DNA from: an uncultured Methanosarcinales archaeon
GTDB lineage: Archaea > Halobacteriota > Methanosarcinia > Methanotrichales > Methanotrichaceae
Direction: 5' to 3'
Assembly: GCA_963843555.1 (NCBI GenBank)
Contig: CAWJKV010000016.1
Span: 1 to 64,000 of the forward strand
Length of the DNA: 64,000 bases
The notes under the pieces were generated by a model. That model was not told where the DNA came from. It made no database searches and worked only from the letters and a program-made list of their open reading frames with translations. The translations under genes and the position numbers were made by a program. Position 1 is the first letter of the stretch; each line of letters starts with the position of its first letter. Below, in pieces: positions 1 through 12,386 of this stretch.

Positions 1-135
1 CGCTTCAATGGCTGTAGACATGGGGCCGGGGACGAACGTCTCGGATTCCCTCAGGAGCTCGTGGATCGCCAGCACATAATTGGAGGCGCTGGTTCCCACG
101 CCCAGGGGGATGGTGGAGAATTCTGCAACTATCAT
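1..135 (-). CDS. MTH1187/thiamine-binding family protein (5' part; runs off the window start)
   Basis: Manual translation MIVAEFSTIPLGVGTSASNYVLAIHELLRESETFVPGPMSTAIEA matches the family N-terminus. Confidence 0.75.
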   Translation of the reverse strand, partial: MIVAEFSTIPLGVGTSASNYVLAIHELLRESETFVPGPMSTAIEA

Positions 136-169
136 AATAGACTCATCTCCTGGTGGAGCAGATGATTCT

Positions 170-815
170 TTACTCCCGTCCAATCTCGCTGATCAGCTTC
201 GTCGCACAGGCTGCCGGGTTCTCTGCCTCATAGACCGATCTGCCCACAATCAGATAATCAGCTCCTGCCTGCAGAGCCAGTTGGGCTGAGCCTCCCTGGG
301 CTCCCACTCCCGGTGAAATGATGATCTTGTTCCCGATGATGGAGCGGATGAGCTTGATTCTCTCCTGGTGTGTGGCCGGGGCCAACACCACTGGCGCCGG
401 CTTCCACTGCCATACGGGCCATGCTCTCCGCCTGGGGTGCCATGAATTGCTCGGCTCCTGGGTGGCTCATCTCGGTGACAGCATATAGATCCGCTCCATA
501 ACTTGCGGCGCAATCGGCGCAGGCGATCAGGGAGTCTTTGCCCGGGAAGGCCTGGGCGATAATACCGCTTGCACCTGCTTCTAACACCGCTTCGCATATG
601 AGCCGGTTGGTGTTAGGAATATCAGCGACCTTCAGGTCGGCGATAACAGGTGCAATAACGCTGATTTCTTTGACGATCTTCAAGCCCGCGGGGAGGATGA
701 GAGGGTAGCCGATCTTTATGGCGTCGAAATAGTCTTTTAACTGCTCCGCTAGAATAAGGGCTCTATCTCGGGAGTTAACATCCAGCGCCAGGATTAGCGA
801 AGTATCTCGATTCAT
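170..815 (-). CDS. pyrF: Orotidine 5'-phosphate decarboxylase (one frameshift near 385)
   Basis: LILALD, IKIG and DLKVADIPNT in 258..815; ISPGVGAQGG and IVGRSVY in 170..391. Confidence 0.93.
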
Positions 816-839
816 ACCGGATAGACCATATTTGCCCTC

Positions 840-2035
840 TTATTTATTCCTTTCAGGGTCCTCCATGATCGCAATCACTGGATTTGACATGTCCTCTCCT
901 GCATGATAGCCATAAAGCGCTTCCAGGTCGGCTTCGATGGCGTGCATAAACCGTGCATTCGGTATATCCATGGGACACAGCTCCTCGCACTGGCCACAAT
1001 CTATGCAGGAATCGGCAACATGAGCGTAGCGCAACAGGTGGAATCCGAACTCTGGTGGAACCTTGCCAGGAAATGCAGTCATATAGGGCTTAGTGCTATT
1101 GAAAAGGGCCGGACATACCTCCACACAGGTGTAGCACTTTATACATCGACTCGTCTCCTCGATCATCATCTTCAGCCGCTCTCTGCTGCTCTGCAATGGT
1201 GCAAAATCGCGCTCACGCCAGGTGTCTGCCAATTTCAATACTGCCTCCTCTCTTCTCTTTCGGGCCTTGATGCATGAAGCATCCGGAACGTCCGTTCCTA
1301 TGGCTTTTGCCTCCAGGGCTCTATTGATCAGCTCCGCACCCCGCTCGCTGCATACTTCGACAAAGGTGGCCTTTCCCACCAGATCTTCCCTGACGCCCCA
1401 CTGCCCGCAGGCCAGGTCCGCCTGTCTCGGAACCTTCATCTTGCAGCGTCTGCAATTGCTTCTTCGGCCATAACCCGCTTCCTCAAGTTTGGGAATTGAG
1501 ATATCTTTCTGCTGATCTTTTTGCTGGCCATCATAGGTGATGTACAGATGCCCCTTATACATCGTCTCTTTTTTAACCGATTCCGGATCGACCTCAAAGA
1601 CCTCCGAAACCAACCGCCTCATCATGGCGGGAGTCGTGGCCCCTCCGCAATTAAGGCCAATCATCAGCAAATTGTCCAGATTGAGCTGCTTTCTCTTCGC
1701 CTGTTCATAGACTCCCATCACATCGCAGCCTTTGAGGGCGGCTGCTATCTTAAGCTCTCTTGCGCCCTGCAGATATTTACCGAAAAATTTGGAGAGAAGA
1801 AGCGTGCCCTCATAATTGGAACCGGCTGTCTCCAAGACCTCGTTTGGATCTGTGATGAGTACCGGCCTGGCATCGTATACGTCTATTGCCTTTCTTGACT
1901 GCGAGAACCGCGTCCACCACTGCCTTCCTCAAGGGCGAACTTGAGCAGGGCTGTGACCGCGCCTCCTGATTCGCCGTTTTTTCTGATCACAGGATCGCTG
2001 GCCGAGACGTGAATCAGATCGCCTTTTGCAGGCAC
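840..2035 (-). CDS. fdhB: F420-dependent formate dehydrogenase beta subunit (frameshifts in the 5' part)
   Basis: GESGGAVTALLKFAL read upstream of the tracked ORF; IGLNCGG, RRSNCRRC, CIKCYTCVEVCP, CIDCGQCEELCP. Confidence 0.88.
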
Positions 2036-2036
2036 T

Positions 2037-4111
2037 TCATGACTCCCCCATCTTTTCGATCTTTACTGCACACGCTTTGTATTCAGGAATCTTTGCTATG
2101 CAGTCCACTGCATTGTTGGTCAGGATGTTGGCGGCGCACTCTTTGAAATGGAACGGTATGAAGACCTCACCCTCTTTGATGTCTTCCGTCACCCGCGCCG
2201 TAATCTCTATCTCACCTCTGCGGGACGAGACCAGAACCCTCTCTCCGTCGCTAATGCCCAGTCTTGCGGCATCGTCAGTCTGAATTTCCACCCAGCCGGT
2301 CTTAACCTCATTATCCAGAGTCTCTGAGCGGCGGGTCATGGTTCCAGTATGCCAGTGCCAGATGCTCCTGCCGGTGGTCAGGATAAACGGGTACCCGGAA
2401 TCCGGTACCTCTGCCGGCGGCTGCCAGTGCACTGCTGTGAAGATGCCCAGGCCGTCCGCTGGTGGAGAATCTTCTCTGTATGGAGTATCTGCGTTCCCGG
2501 ATGACTTCTGTCCGGGCACGGCCACTGAAGGGCGTAAGGGTTCTCCAGCCGTTCATAATTCATTCCGCCATAAGAGGGCGTGACCCTGGCGACTTCGTCG
2601 AAGATCTCGCTGGCGTCACTGTAGGGGAACTGTTTTTCGTATCCCATGACTCTTGCGAGCTCGCAGACGATGAGCCAGTCCGGCTTTGCCTCTCCTGGGG
2701 GGTCGACGGCCTTCCTCCATCTTTGCACCCGTCTTTCCGTGTTGGTGTGGGTTCCGTCCTTCTCGGCATAGCAGGCAGCAGGAAGGACAACGTCTGCAAA
2801 CTCTGCGGTCTCGGAGAGAAAGATCTCCTGAGAGACCATGAATTCAACGTTCTCCAATGCCTTTCGAACATGATTCAGGTCGGGGTCGGAGAGCATGGGG
2901 TTCTCTCCCATCAGGTACAGGCACTTTATTTTGCCGGGCTGGTCTGCCAGCAGGTCGATCATCTCGGTGGCAGTATAGCCCGCGTCCCCGGCGAGTTCAT
3001 CCACGCCCCATGAATTCATCATTTTACTGCGGGACATATTGTCTGCCGACTTTCTGATAGCCGCTGTACACATTCGGCAAGCAGCCCATATCGCAGGCGC
3101 CCTGGACGTTGTTCTGGCCGCGGAGGGGATTGACTCCGCTGCCCGGTTTTCCGATGTTGCCGGTCAGCATCATCAGATTGGCAACGGATTTGACGTTATC
3201 TACCCCGGTGGTGTGCTGGGTAATTCCCATGGCAGTAGATAAGGGCGCAGGGTTTGGATTTTGCTATCCATTCCGATGCCTTTATCAGGTCGGATTCAGG
3301 AACGCCGGTAATCTCTGATACGTTCTTGAGGTTGTAGTCTTCCGACATGACTGTCTCTCGCAGGGAATCAAAGCCCTTTGTCCTGCGAGCGATGAACTCC
3401 TCATCCTCCCAGCCGTTCTCTATGATATGGTGCATCAGTCCGTTGAGCAGTGCCACATCGGTGCCGGAATACATGGAAAGGCAGAGGTCGGACTGCTTTG
3501 CCGTGGGGGTGTGCCTGGGATCGGCATAGATGATCCTGGCACCATTCTTCCGGGCAATGACAAGCCTCCTTGCGATCAAGGGATGCTGTTCAAAGGTGTT
3601 GCTGCCTATGACAAATATGCACTTTGCCTTTTTCCAGGTCCAGTATGGAGTTGGTCATGGCTCCTGAGCCAAAGACCTCCGAGAGGGCAGTAACTGTAGA
3701 AGAATGGCATAGTCTGGCACAGTTGTCTACGCTGTTGGTCTTCAATACCACTCGGGCAAACTTCTGCATGACATAGTTATCTTCATTGGAGGCTTTGGCA
3801 GAGGCCAGGCAGCCAAACTCCTCCGGTCTGTAGGATTTGAATTTTTCTGCGATCAGGCTGATAGGCTTCGTTCCAGGTGGATTCAACAAAGACTCCATCC
3901 TTTCTTTATCAAGCGGCCTGGTGAGGCGGTCAATGCTATGGATGAACTCGTGGGCGTACCTTCCCTTCTGGCAGAGTTTGCCCTCATTCACAGGAGGGCT
4001 GTGCCAGGGCTCGATTCCCAGGACCTTGTTGTCCCTGACCACCAGATAAAAACTGCATCCTGTGCCGCAGTAAGGGCAGGTGGTTGGAACAAATTTCAAA
4101 TCCGTTCCCAT
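2037..4111 (-). CDS. fdhA: Formate dehydrogenase alpha subunit (split over 5 ORFs by frameshifts)
   Basis: [69 protein letters not shown]. Confidence 0.92.
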
Positions 4112-4466
4112 TCTCATTCCATTCCCCTTGTCAGATATCAAAACCCAAAGGTACTTATATTGTTCAAAGTATAAAGAAGGCTCTGATCAGACTTCTTCTG
4201 GCTTTTCAGGTCAATAGTGCTTGCAAAAAGAATGTTGATCTGAAATGCTCGACATTTGGAATCTCTATCAGTCTGCAGCTTGATCGCTGTTGCTTGGCTG
4301 GCCGCGACCATCAGGCTTCTCGCGTTGCCACTGCAACCAGATCGGTCTGTATCAAAAACGGCCGTTATTTAAACGATATCGAGCGAGTTAGATGACAAGA
4401 GGATCGGGATCAGAGCATCCAGAAGGGAAGATGCTTCAATACCGGACTATCCGTACAAAGCTATGT

Positions 4467-4561
4467 ATCCGAGCCTGCCCGGCGTTGAGGGCGCCCAGTC
4501 ATGGCGCGGGAGGCCCGCAGGCCGACTCGCGGAACCCCAGAAGAATGTGCGAATGTTGTCC
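4467..4561 (+). repeat. GC-rich dispersed repeat family A, copy 1
   Basis: GCCCGGCGTTGAGGGCGCC...CGCGGGAGGCC-CGCA-GGCCGACTCGCGG..CCCCAGAAGA; recurs at about 9386, 16841 and 43105. Confidence 0.8.
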
Positions 4562-4630
4562 TGCGAGGATAAGACTGGTATCAATGCAGTTGAACAACAT
4601 TGGGAATTTTTTACTATGACACTCTGCCTT

Positions 4631-5269
4631 TCACACGCATCCGCTAATGATCTCCACTGCCTCGCGCAAGTCGCCCACCACCTCGCTCCCCTGGCGCTCG
4701 CCTTTGCGGTCCAGGAAGAGCGCATCCAGGCCTGCATCGAGAGCCGATTCGTAGTCGTAGTTGTAGTGGTCGCCAATGTGCAGGACCTCGACGGGCTTGG
4801 CTTTCATATGGGCACAGACGGCACCGTAGAGCAGAGGAGATTTCTTGACCTCCCGGAAGTCGCTGGTGGCAGAGAAGGTCTCGCGGAAGTAGTCTTGCAG
4901 GCCGTCCAGCTCTATATCGATGAACTCGCGGGCGGCGTTGGATGTCACCACCAGCTCATAGTCCTGGGCCAGAAGATCCAGCACCTCCTCCACCTCAGGA
5001 TAGACCTCGATCTCGTCCTCGTAGAGCTCCAGCAGCTCCTCTTTAGCGATCGCCAGGCCGAATTTGTCTATCCAGTATTTGAGGTCGTACCACTCCAGGT
5101 GGTCGCTGCCGATCTTCATGTACTCGCCGACCACGTATTCTTTGGCGGCAGGAAAGTCCAGGCCTGACTTTTCTGCATAGAGTTGGGGCATGCCTTCCAT
5201 CCAGACCTTGTCCACGAATCTGGATTTGACCAGGGTACCATCCATGTCCAGGGATATGACGCGAATCAT
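4631..5269 (-). CDS. HAD-superfamily hydrolase
   Basis: DMDGTL motif I, VTSN, KK.P, HIGD...D. Confidence 0.9.
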   Translation of the reverse strand: MIRVISLDMDGTLVKSRFVDKVWMEGMPQLYAEKSGLDFPAAKEYVVGEYMKIGSDHLEWYDLKYWIDKFGLAIAKEELLELYEDEIEVYPEVEEVLDLLAQDYELVVTSNAAREFIDIELDGLQDYFRETFSATSDFREVKKSPLLYGAVCAHMKAKPVEVLHIGDHYNYDYESALDAGLDALFLDRKGERQGSEVVGDLREAVEIISGCV

Positions 5270-5382
5270 CTTAAACTCCTGTTGAAGAGGAACGAGTCGC
5301 CTTTTGGGTTATTATTCTTTCCGGAACGAAAGTAAAATTTTGAGTCGAAAAAACTATACCCTCGGGCGAGAAATGGATTTCG

Positions 5383-6090
5383 ATGGATAATCGGTTGGTC
5401 TACAGCCCGGCGGGAATGCTTCTGATGCTATTTTTGGCATTCTTGCTCTTCATAGTTGTGGGCTTTCTCTTCTTGAGTCTGGCCAGAACTGCCTTCACCA
5501 AGATCGGTTTCTCCTGGGGCGAGGCGCTCTTCGTGCTGCTCGCTTCGCTCCTGGGCAGCAGCATAAACATACCTGTGACTAACATGCAGTGCAGCGCTCC
5601 CATGGTCCGGGAAAGAACCGTCTGGGCCTTCGGCATCCCATACCGAATTCCTGTGGTGGAGAACGTGAACTGCGACACACTGCTGGCCATTAATGTTGGT
5701 GGGGCCGTGATTCCGTCTCTGATCTCCATCGCGCTCGTCTACAGGTACCCTGCATCTTTGTCATATGCTCTGGCCGGGATCGCATTTGTCGCCATCATAA
5801 CCAACCGTGTTGCGAAACCCGTGCCCGGCCTGGGAATTGTCACTCCCGCACTTGTTCCTCCCTTGAGCGCGGCTCTGGCGGCGATCTTAATGGTCTATGT
5901 GTGGGGGGCCCCTCATGATCTGATCTTCCTCATCGCCTATGTAGGCGGAACTCTGGGAACGCTAATAGGCGCGGACATCTTGAACCTGGGCAAGATCCGC
6001 GATCTGGGGGCGCCGGTGGCCAGCATCGGTGGAGCCGGGACCTTTGACGGAGTCTTCTTGAGCGGCTTGATCGCTGTGCTCCTGGTGTGA
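5383..6090 (+). CDS. DUF1614 family membrane protein
   Basis: GSSINIPV, AINVGGAVIP, GTLIGADILNL, SIGGAGTFDGVFLSG. Confidence 0.85.
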   Translation: MDNRLVYSPAGMLLMLFLAFLLFIVVGFLFLSLARTAFTKIGFSWGEALFVLLASLLGSSINIPVTNMQCSAPMVRERTVWAFGIPYRIPVVENVNCDTLLAINVGGAVIPSLISIALVYRYPASLSYALAGIAFVAIITNRVAKPVPGLGIVTPALVPPLSAALAAILMVYVWGAPHDLIFLIAYVGGTLGTLIGADILNLGKIRDLGAPVASIGGAGTFDGVFLSGLIAVLLV

Positions 6091-6143
6091 TCGAAATGGT
6101 CGGAAAAATGATTTTTCAGGATTTAGGACAGAGGCCAGAAAAT

Positions 6144-7404
6144 ATGAGCTTCAGGGGTTTTTTGCAGGATCTGGAAGAGGCGGGACTGATGAGGAATGTG
6201 CGTGAACCCGTATCTCCCATTCTTGAGGTCACGGATCGCGCCTGGGGCGCCGGGCCCATATCATTTGAAAATGTAGCTGGTCACAGATGCTGCCTGAATA
6301 TCCTGGGGACGCGAGACCTGCTGGCCAGGGCTCTGGGCATTCCCGCCAAAGATATGGTTCGGCATTTGTCTTCCGTCGGCTACCAGGGTCCTGTCCGGGA
6401 GGTGGACTCTTCGCCCTTTATGGAGTGCGTCTCCAAGCCTGATCTGTCCCGTCTGCCCATTCTGACCTACTTTCAGGGAGACGGCGGGCCCTACATCACC
6501 TCCGCTGTGGTGGTAACTCAGTTTGAGGGCCGGATCAACGCCTGCGTTCACCGGCTGATGGTTGCTGGGCAAAGACCATCTGGCGGCAAGGCTCGTTCCC
6601 GGCCGGCATACTCATCAGTTCTGCCAGGCGGCATGGGCACGCAGAGAGGAGGTGCCCGTGGCCATCGCCATTGGCGTGGACCCGCTGGTGCTCATGGCGG
6701 CATCGACTCGCGTTCCCCCTGAGATGGAGTTCCAGTATGCTGCCGCCTTACGAGGCGCTCCGGTAGAGCTGGTGCGACTGGAGAACGGAGTGCCCGTACC
6801 GCATGCTGAGATCGTGCTGGAGGGCTACATTACGGGAGAGAGAGCCGCCGAGGGACCGTTCGTGGATATCACCGGCACCAGGGATCTCGTTCGTCAGGAG
6901 CCGGTCATCCGGCTTACCAGGATGATGACCTGCGAGAATCCCATCTATCACGGCCTGCTGCCCGCCGGAGGCGAGCATAAGATGCTCATGGGAGTGCCTT
7001 ACGAGCCGCTCATTTTCAGGGCGGTCTCCAAAGTGGCCAAAGTGAAGGACGTCCTCCTCACTGAGGGCGGATGCTGCTACTTCCACGCCGTGGTGCAGAT
7101 CGAGAAGGAGACGGAGGAAGATGCGCGAAGGGTGATAGACGCCACAATGCAGGCGCACGGCTCTCTGAAGCATGTTTTGGTAGTGGACACGGATATCAAT
7201 ATCCACGATCCTCTGGACCTGGAGTATGCCATTGCCACGCGCATGCGCGGGGACGAGGACATCGTGCTTTATCCGAATGTAAGGGGTAGCACTCTTGATC
7301 CGCGGAGCAAAGACGGCATCACCACCAAAGTGGGAGTTGATGCAACAGCCAGGCTGGATCGCCTCTGGAAGTTCCAGAGGGTTACGCCAGCAGGCAAGGG
7401 CTGA
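6144..7404 (+). CDS. UbiD-family decarboxylase (one frameshift near 6560)
   Basis: DGGPYITS, EIVLEG, EGPFVD, RGSTLDP, TTKVGVDAT. Confidence 0.88.
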
Positions 7405-7618
7405 AATTGGCTAAATGACAGCACAGGGCCAGAAGAGGAGCTTCAATTGATGCCCGAAAATAAGGCACTGTGTGGGCACAATGGCCCTGGCGTCCTCTGT
7501 CCCTGTCGAAGTCAGGTTCAGAATGTCCTTTAAGACTCACCTGTGACTTCTGCCTGGGAGCTCTCCACGATCCTGACCAAGCCTGTCTTCAACTGGAAGA
7601 TCCCGATTTTTTAAAGTC

Positions 7619-7714
7619 TCAGAGCTCCAGGTAAAGACGGATGCTGTAGATAGTGATAAACCCCAGGATCACGGATACCACCAGGGCCATGATTTCGAAT
7701 ACTGCATCGATCAT
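7619..7714 (-). CDS. Small single-TM peptide coupled to ftsZ (31 aa; possibly longer if frameshifted)
   Basis: ATG overlaps the ftsZ TGA (ATGA); [31 protein letters not shown]. Confidence 0.45.
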   Translation of the reverse strand: MIDAVFEIMALVVSVILGFITIYSIRLYLEL

Positions 7715-8781
7715 TTTATCACGTCTATCTTAGCGTGCTTCTGATTCATTTGCTTTTCTCTTTCCGGGATTATGCCCCTCTGAAATTCTGCCGGGCCGAG
7801 CACTTGCGCCGATTTCACGCCGGTGATTATGGCCATAAGCCTCACTTTTCCTGCAAACTCGGGCCTGATCCTGGCTCCCCAGATGACATTGGCTCTCGGG
7901 TCCAGGTCCAGGGTAAGCGCTCCGGCGATGGCGGCAGCTTCCTTCAGGGTCATATCCGGCCCACCGGTCATGTGCAGCAGGCAGGCTTTGGCGCCCCGAA
8001 AGTCCACATCCAGCAGCGGGTTCTTGAGAGCCGAGCGCACGATTTTCTCCGGGCTGTTCTTCATGCTGCCCTCACCAACAAACATGAAAGAAGCTCCACC
8101 GGTGCTCATGATGGTGTGCACATCGGCGTAATCGAGGTTGATGAGCGAGGGAGAGGTCAGAGTCTCGCAGATTCCCTGGATGATCTCGGCTATGATCTCA
8201 TCGACCACGAAGAAGGCCTGCTTAAGAGGCAGATGGGGCGCGCATTCCAGGAGGCGGTTGTTATCCAAAACGATAGTTGTATCGGCATAGGTCCGTAGAT
8301 TCTCCAACCCCTCCTCTGCCACAAAGAGTCGCGCTCTTTCCACATGGAAGGGAGTTGTCACCATGGCCACCACGAGAGCACCCAGCTCTCTGGCCATCTG
8401 GGCCACCACAGGGGCCGATCCTGTGCCCGTGCCTCCTCCCATGCCAGCCAGGATGAACACCAGGTCAGCGCCCCGCATGAGCTCCTCCAGCTCCTGCTTT
8501 GCGCTCTGGGCCGCCTTTCTGCCCACCTCCGGGTCCCCTCCTGCGCCCATGCCCCGGGTGAGTTTCCGACCTATCAGAATCTTCTTTTCCGCCTGCACTG
8601 TTTTAAGGTGCTGGCTGTCCGTGTTTATGGCAATGGTCTTTGCCCCTTTTATGCCCATCTTGACCAGGAGGCTTACTGTATTATTGCCTGCCCCTCCGCA
8701 GCCCAGTACCAGGATCCTGGGCATGCCAAAACCGTCCGCATACTCAGAAAATTCTAGAGATTCCCCTAAATTGCCTTCCAT
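7711..8781 (-). CDS. ftsZ: Cell division protein FtsZ (FtsZ2-like C-terminus)
   Basis: [33 protein letters not shown]; ends IDVIK. Confidence 0.95.
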   Translation of the reverse strand: MEGNLGESLEFSEYADGFGMPRILVLGCGGAGNNTVSLLVKMGIKGAKTIAINTDSQHLKTVQAEKKILIGRKLTRGMGAGGDPEVGRKAAQSAKQELEELMRGADLVFILAGMGGGTGTGSAPVVAQMARELGALVVAMVTTPFHVERARLFVAEEGLENLRTYADTTIVLDNNRLLECAPHLPLKQAFFVVDEIIAEIIQGICETLTSPSLINLDYADVHTIMSTGGASFMFVGEGSMKNSPEKIVRSALKNPLLDVDFRGAKACLLHMTGGPDMTLKEAAAIAGALTLDLDPRANVIWGARIRPEFAGKVRLMAIITGVKSAQVLGPAEFQRGIIPEREKQMNQKHAKIDVIK

Positions 8782-8908
8782 CCCAAATTCCCCTTCATTG
8801 CTTTGCTCATAACCAATTAGTGGTATATGTTAATAATAATTGCGGACAGGTGGCCCCAACCGGATCTCCAAATGATATAAGAATGATCAAACGATATTGG
8901 AAATCTGA

Positions 8909-9334
8909 ATGTCATCGCTGCGAGGCGCGGAGGATCTGGCAGAGTTCATCGGCAAATACTACTCTGGCCGCATAGTTGAGGTGGGAGCAGGCCATGAATC
9001 ATCTGTTGCCCGACTTTTGTTGGCTCACGGACTGGACGTAGTCCTCACGGATAGAGGGGAACGCCTTTTGGACCGCATGCGCGTGGAGAAGGATGACGTA
9101 TTCGCGCCCCGGATGGAGCTTTACCAGGGGGCAAGCCTGCTCTACTCCATCCGCCCTCCCCACGAACTGCAGATAGCCATGGGCGACCTGGCCGCGCGAG
9201 TGGGTGCAGATGTCCTGATCCGGCCCCTGCAGGATGAGGTGGCAGAGCTGCCCGGCTTTGCGAGAAGGCTGGTGAATGCAGGGGAAGCCAGGTTTTACCT
9301 GTTCAGGGGAAAGGGTGGAGAGGGCAGTAGGTAG
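8909..9334 (+). CDS. UPF0146 family protein
   Basis: IVEVGAG, DDVFAP, LLYSIRPP.ELQ. Confidence 0.85.
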   Translation: MSSLRGAEDLAEFIGKYYSGRIVEVGAGHESSVARLLLAHGLDVVLTDRGERLLDRMRVEKDDVFAPRMELYQGASLLYSIRPPHELQIAMGDLAARVGADVLIRPLQDEVAELPGFARRLVNAGEARFYLFRGKGGEGSR

Positions 9335-9385
9335 ATTATTGCTGTGCTGCGATTACACAATCCATCAACTGTTCCGTCGTAATTT

Positions 9386-9455
9386 ATCCAAGCCTGCGGC
9401 GTTGAGGGCGCCATTGGGCCGCGTTTGACCGCGCGCGGAATACCACCAGAAGCAG
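9386..9455 (+). repeat. Repeat family A, copy 2 (degenerate)
   Basis: ATCCAAGCCTGCGGCGTTGAGGGCGCC...CGCGG...CCAGAAG. Confidence 0.6.
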
Positions 9456-9961
9456 ACTATAGGAAAGAATACGGAAGGAAAGCAAACTGCATCCAGGCCT
9501 GACTCCCTGAAAGCCAGAGATCTGCAGCAGTCTTACGCTCGCCCGCGCCTCCACGATTGCGCTCACGCGCACCCGAGCGCGCGCGCGTGGCTCCGCCAGC
9601 CGGGTCCGGGGTGTTTTGCTGGCATCCGGGCTCTAGCAATTCTTTGGCCTCCTGATAATACCCTGTGGTCATATGATGAACAGGACATACACGAGTAAAT
9701 CTTTTTTCACAATTATAATAGGTATGAAAATTCAAAAAGTCAAAACGACGACGATGCACACCGTCGCAATTGGTATCGGTCTTCGGCGAGAAAGGCTGTT
9801 CCAAGGTCCCGTCCTGCCTCGCCTACGACCTTGCTCCACACCACTAATTATCACCGGAAGATTAATCTCCTTGGCCTGTAACATCAAATGAATTATCAAA
9901 TTAAGGATATATTCGGCATCTAATTGTGCGGTTAAAATGTGGGCTTCTGGCGAGGTGTGCT

Positions 9962-11737
9962 ATGGCTAATGATGATCATAACCCCAAGAGACTGTCCAAG
10001 GTTTGCAGACGAATAGATGAACTCAAAGCGAGCGCTCTAAATGATCCCATTCGTGCTGAGATGATCCTGGATAACGGACTCGATGCACTCCGGGCCACCC
10101 ACGAGGATCATTCCATAGAAAGAGAGGAGCAGTTTTTTTATGATGAAAAAATGATCCGGTCTCAAATAGCGGAGGATGACCGCTACAGCACTCTTATAAA
10201 GACTGCATTTGAGAGCATCGCCATCAGCGTGGATGGCATCATTGTTGAAGCCCATGAGGATTTTGCCCGAACCAACGGTTATGAACTCTTTGAATTGATT
10301 GGAAGACATGTGACCGACTTCCTCGTCCTTGAAGAGCATGAACGAGCTTTTCTGGCCCTGAGGAGCAGCGAGGAACGCATGGGCGAGTTTTCTGCCCTGA
10401 AAAAGGATGGCTCAATGTTTGCAGTCGAGGCGCACGGGCGTATCATAGAGCGAGATGGGAAACCTGTGCGTGTGACGGTTATACGCGATATCACTGAGCG
10501 CAAGAAGGCTGAGATGGAGCTGCGCAGGTCAAAAGATGAGCTGGAGCTCCGGGTCTTGGAGAGGACCGCCGATCTGGTGAAAGCCAAAGAGACAGCTGAG
10601 GCAGCAGTCGAGGCCAAGGCAGCATTCCTGGCCAATATGTCCCACGAGCTGAGGACGCCCATGAATGCAGTGATCGGCTTCTCAAGTCTCCTCCTCGATG
10701 AGCCTCTATCCCCCGATCATAGAGATTATATAGAGAGGATCAGAGCAAGCGGCGAGGCTCTCCTGACCCTCATAAATGACATACTGGATTTCTCCAAGAT
10801 GGAAAAGAAAAAGACGATCATCAATCCCAGTCCGCTCTCCATCCGAACTCTGTTGGAGGAGTCCATGGATATGGTGGCTGTCCAGGCCGAAAAGAAGGGC
10901 TTGAAACTTAGTTACACCAGTGGCTATGGCACGCCTGACGCCATCATTGGAGACAACGGGAGGCTTCGGCAGATTCTTGTCAACCTGCTCTCCAACGCCG
11001 TCAAGTTCACAGATGCGGGAGAGGTATCTGTATCTGTCTTCTCCAGGGAAATCGGCGGGGGCAAGCATAGATTTTCTTTCGCAGTTATGGATACAGGGAT
11101 AGGGATACCTCCTGACAAAATGGGCATACTCTTCCAGCCCTTCAGCCGGGTAGATACCACTATGAGCAGCAGATATGACGGCAGTGGCCTGGGCCTTGCC
11201 ATCAGCAAGAGTCTCATAGAGCTCATGTGCGGCCAGATCTGGGCTGATAGCGAAGAGGGACGGGGCTCTACCTTCCACTTCACAATTGATTCCGAAATTG
11301 TCCCGGATTTATCCCGTAGATCAGTGACCTCAACCAAACTCTTCTATAATATGGCAGAAGGACACCCTCTGAGAATCCTGGTGGCAGAGGATAACCCCTC
11401 CAACCAGAAGGTCATGGTGGAGATGCTCAAGAGGATGGGCTACTGGCCTGATGCCGTAGCAGATGGCCGCGAGGTGATAGAGTCCCTGGAACGCAGGCCT
11501 TATGACATAGTATTCATGGATGTGAGGATGCCTGAGATGGACGGGCTCAAGGCCACTCAGGAGATACGTAAACGCTGGCCCATCAATGGGCCAAAAGTCA
11601 TAGCGATCACAGCGTATGCACTATCAGGAGACAGAGAGAAGTGCCTCGAAGCAGGCATGGACGATTATATCGCAAAGCCTGTGCAGAAGGGAGAGCTTGC
11701 CGGGATTCTGAAAAGGTATGCTCTGGAAATTCAATGA
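9962..11737 (+). CDS. PAS-domain hybrid sensor histidine kinase/response regulator
   Basis: PAS/PAC (RDITERK), [38 protein letters not shown], receiver [16 protein letters not shown]. Confidence 0.95.
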   Translation: MANDDHNPKRLSKVCRRIDELKASALNDPIRAEMILDNGLDALRATHEDHSIEREEQFFYDEKMIRSQIAEDDRYSTLIKTAFESIAISVDGIIVEAHEDFARTNGYELFELIGRHVTDFLVLEEHERAFLALRSSEERMGEFSALKKDGSMFAVEAHGRIIERDGKPVRVTVIRDITERKKAEMELRRSKDELELRVLERTADLVKAKETAEAAVEAKAAFLANMSHELRTPMNAVIGFSSLLLDEPLSPDHRDYIERIRASGEALLTLINDILDFSKMEKKKTIINPSPLSIRTLLEESMDMVAVQAEKKGLKLSYTSGYGTPDAIIGDNGRLRQILVNLLSNAVKFTDAGEVSVSVFSREIGGGKHRFSFAVMDTGIGIPPDKMGILFQPFSRVDTTMSSRYDGSGLGLAISKSLIELMCGQIWADSEEGRGSTFHFTIDSEIVPDLSRRSVTSTKLFYNMAEGHPLRILVAEDNPSNQKVMVEMLKRMGYWPDAVADGREVIESLERRPYDIVFMDVRMPEMDGLKATQEIRKRWPINGPKVIAITAYALSGDREKCLEAGMDDYIAKPVQKGELAGILKRYALEIQ

Positions 11738-11809
11738 ATGCCAGTCAATCCTTCCGCCGAACATCTCCCGCCCCGGCATCCGCACTCCCATTCAGGCGCA
11801 TCGCTTTGG

Positions 11810-11985
11810 GGGCCGGGCTACTCCATCCGCCCCTCCCCTGGAGCCGCAGATAGCCATGGACGACGTGGCCGCGCAGGTGGTGCGCATATCCTGATCCGGC
11901 CCTTGCAAGATGAGTGGCAAAGCTGCACGGATTTGCGAGAAGGGTGGTCAATACGGGCTGAGTACCGGGTTTTGCCTATTAGGGA
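11810..11985 (+). pseudogene. Degenerate duplicate of the 3' half of the UPF0146 gene
   Basis: CTACTCCATCCGCCC..GCAGATAGCCATGG..TCCTGATCCGGCCC.TGCA.GATGAG matches about 9140-9310. Confidence 0.8.
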
Positions 11986-12386
11986 AATGAGACGGATTGA
12001 GGAGACGGATTTAGAAGTTAGATTTCCTATTCCCGAAGGATGCGTCTCTGGGTGCATACTCAAACGCATTCCATCAAAGCATCATCAGTCCAGATTCAGT
12101 GAAAACGGCTGCGACGCACTCGCAGATGGCCCTTTATATTGCATACTATAATTTTGCAGAACTCATCGATCTCTGAAATATAAAACGGATAGGCAAGCAT
12201 CCTTCAATTGTCCTGCAAAGTATGCTGGGCTCAAAGATCGCGTATGATCTACAGTGCAACTCCTAACGTTTCCATATCATAAAATATTAACTGATTAGTT
12301 ACTCACGATAGGATTGTCTGAAAGATTGTTAAATGAACGGTATTTGAAATTTTGAAATGATTGGATCGTGCTCGTAAATTCGGCAA

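Noticed and set aside
3690..3730. Selenocysteine in FdhA
   Set aside because: The active-site motif reads CARLCHSS with Cys codons
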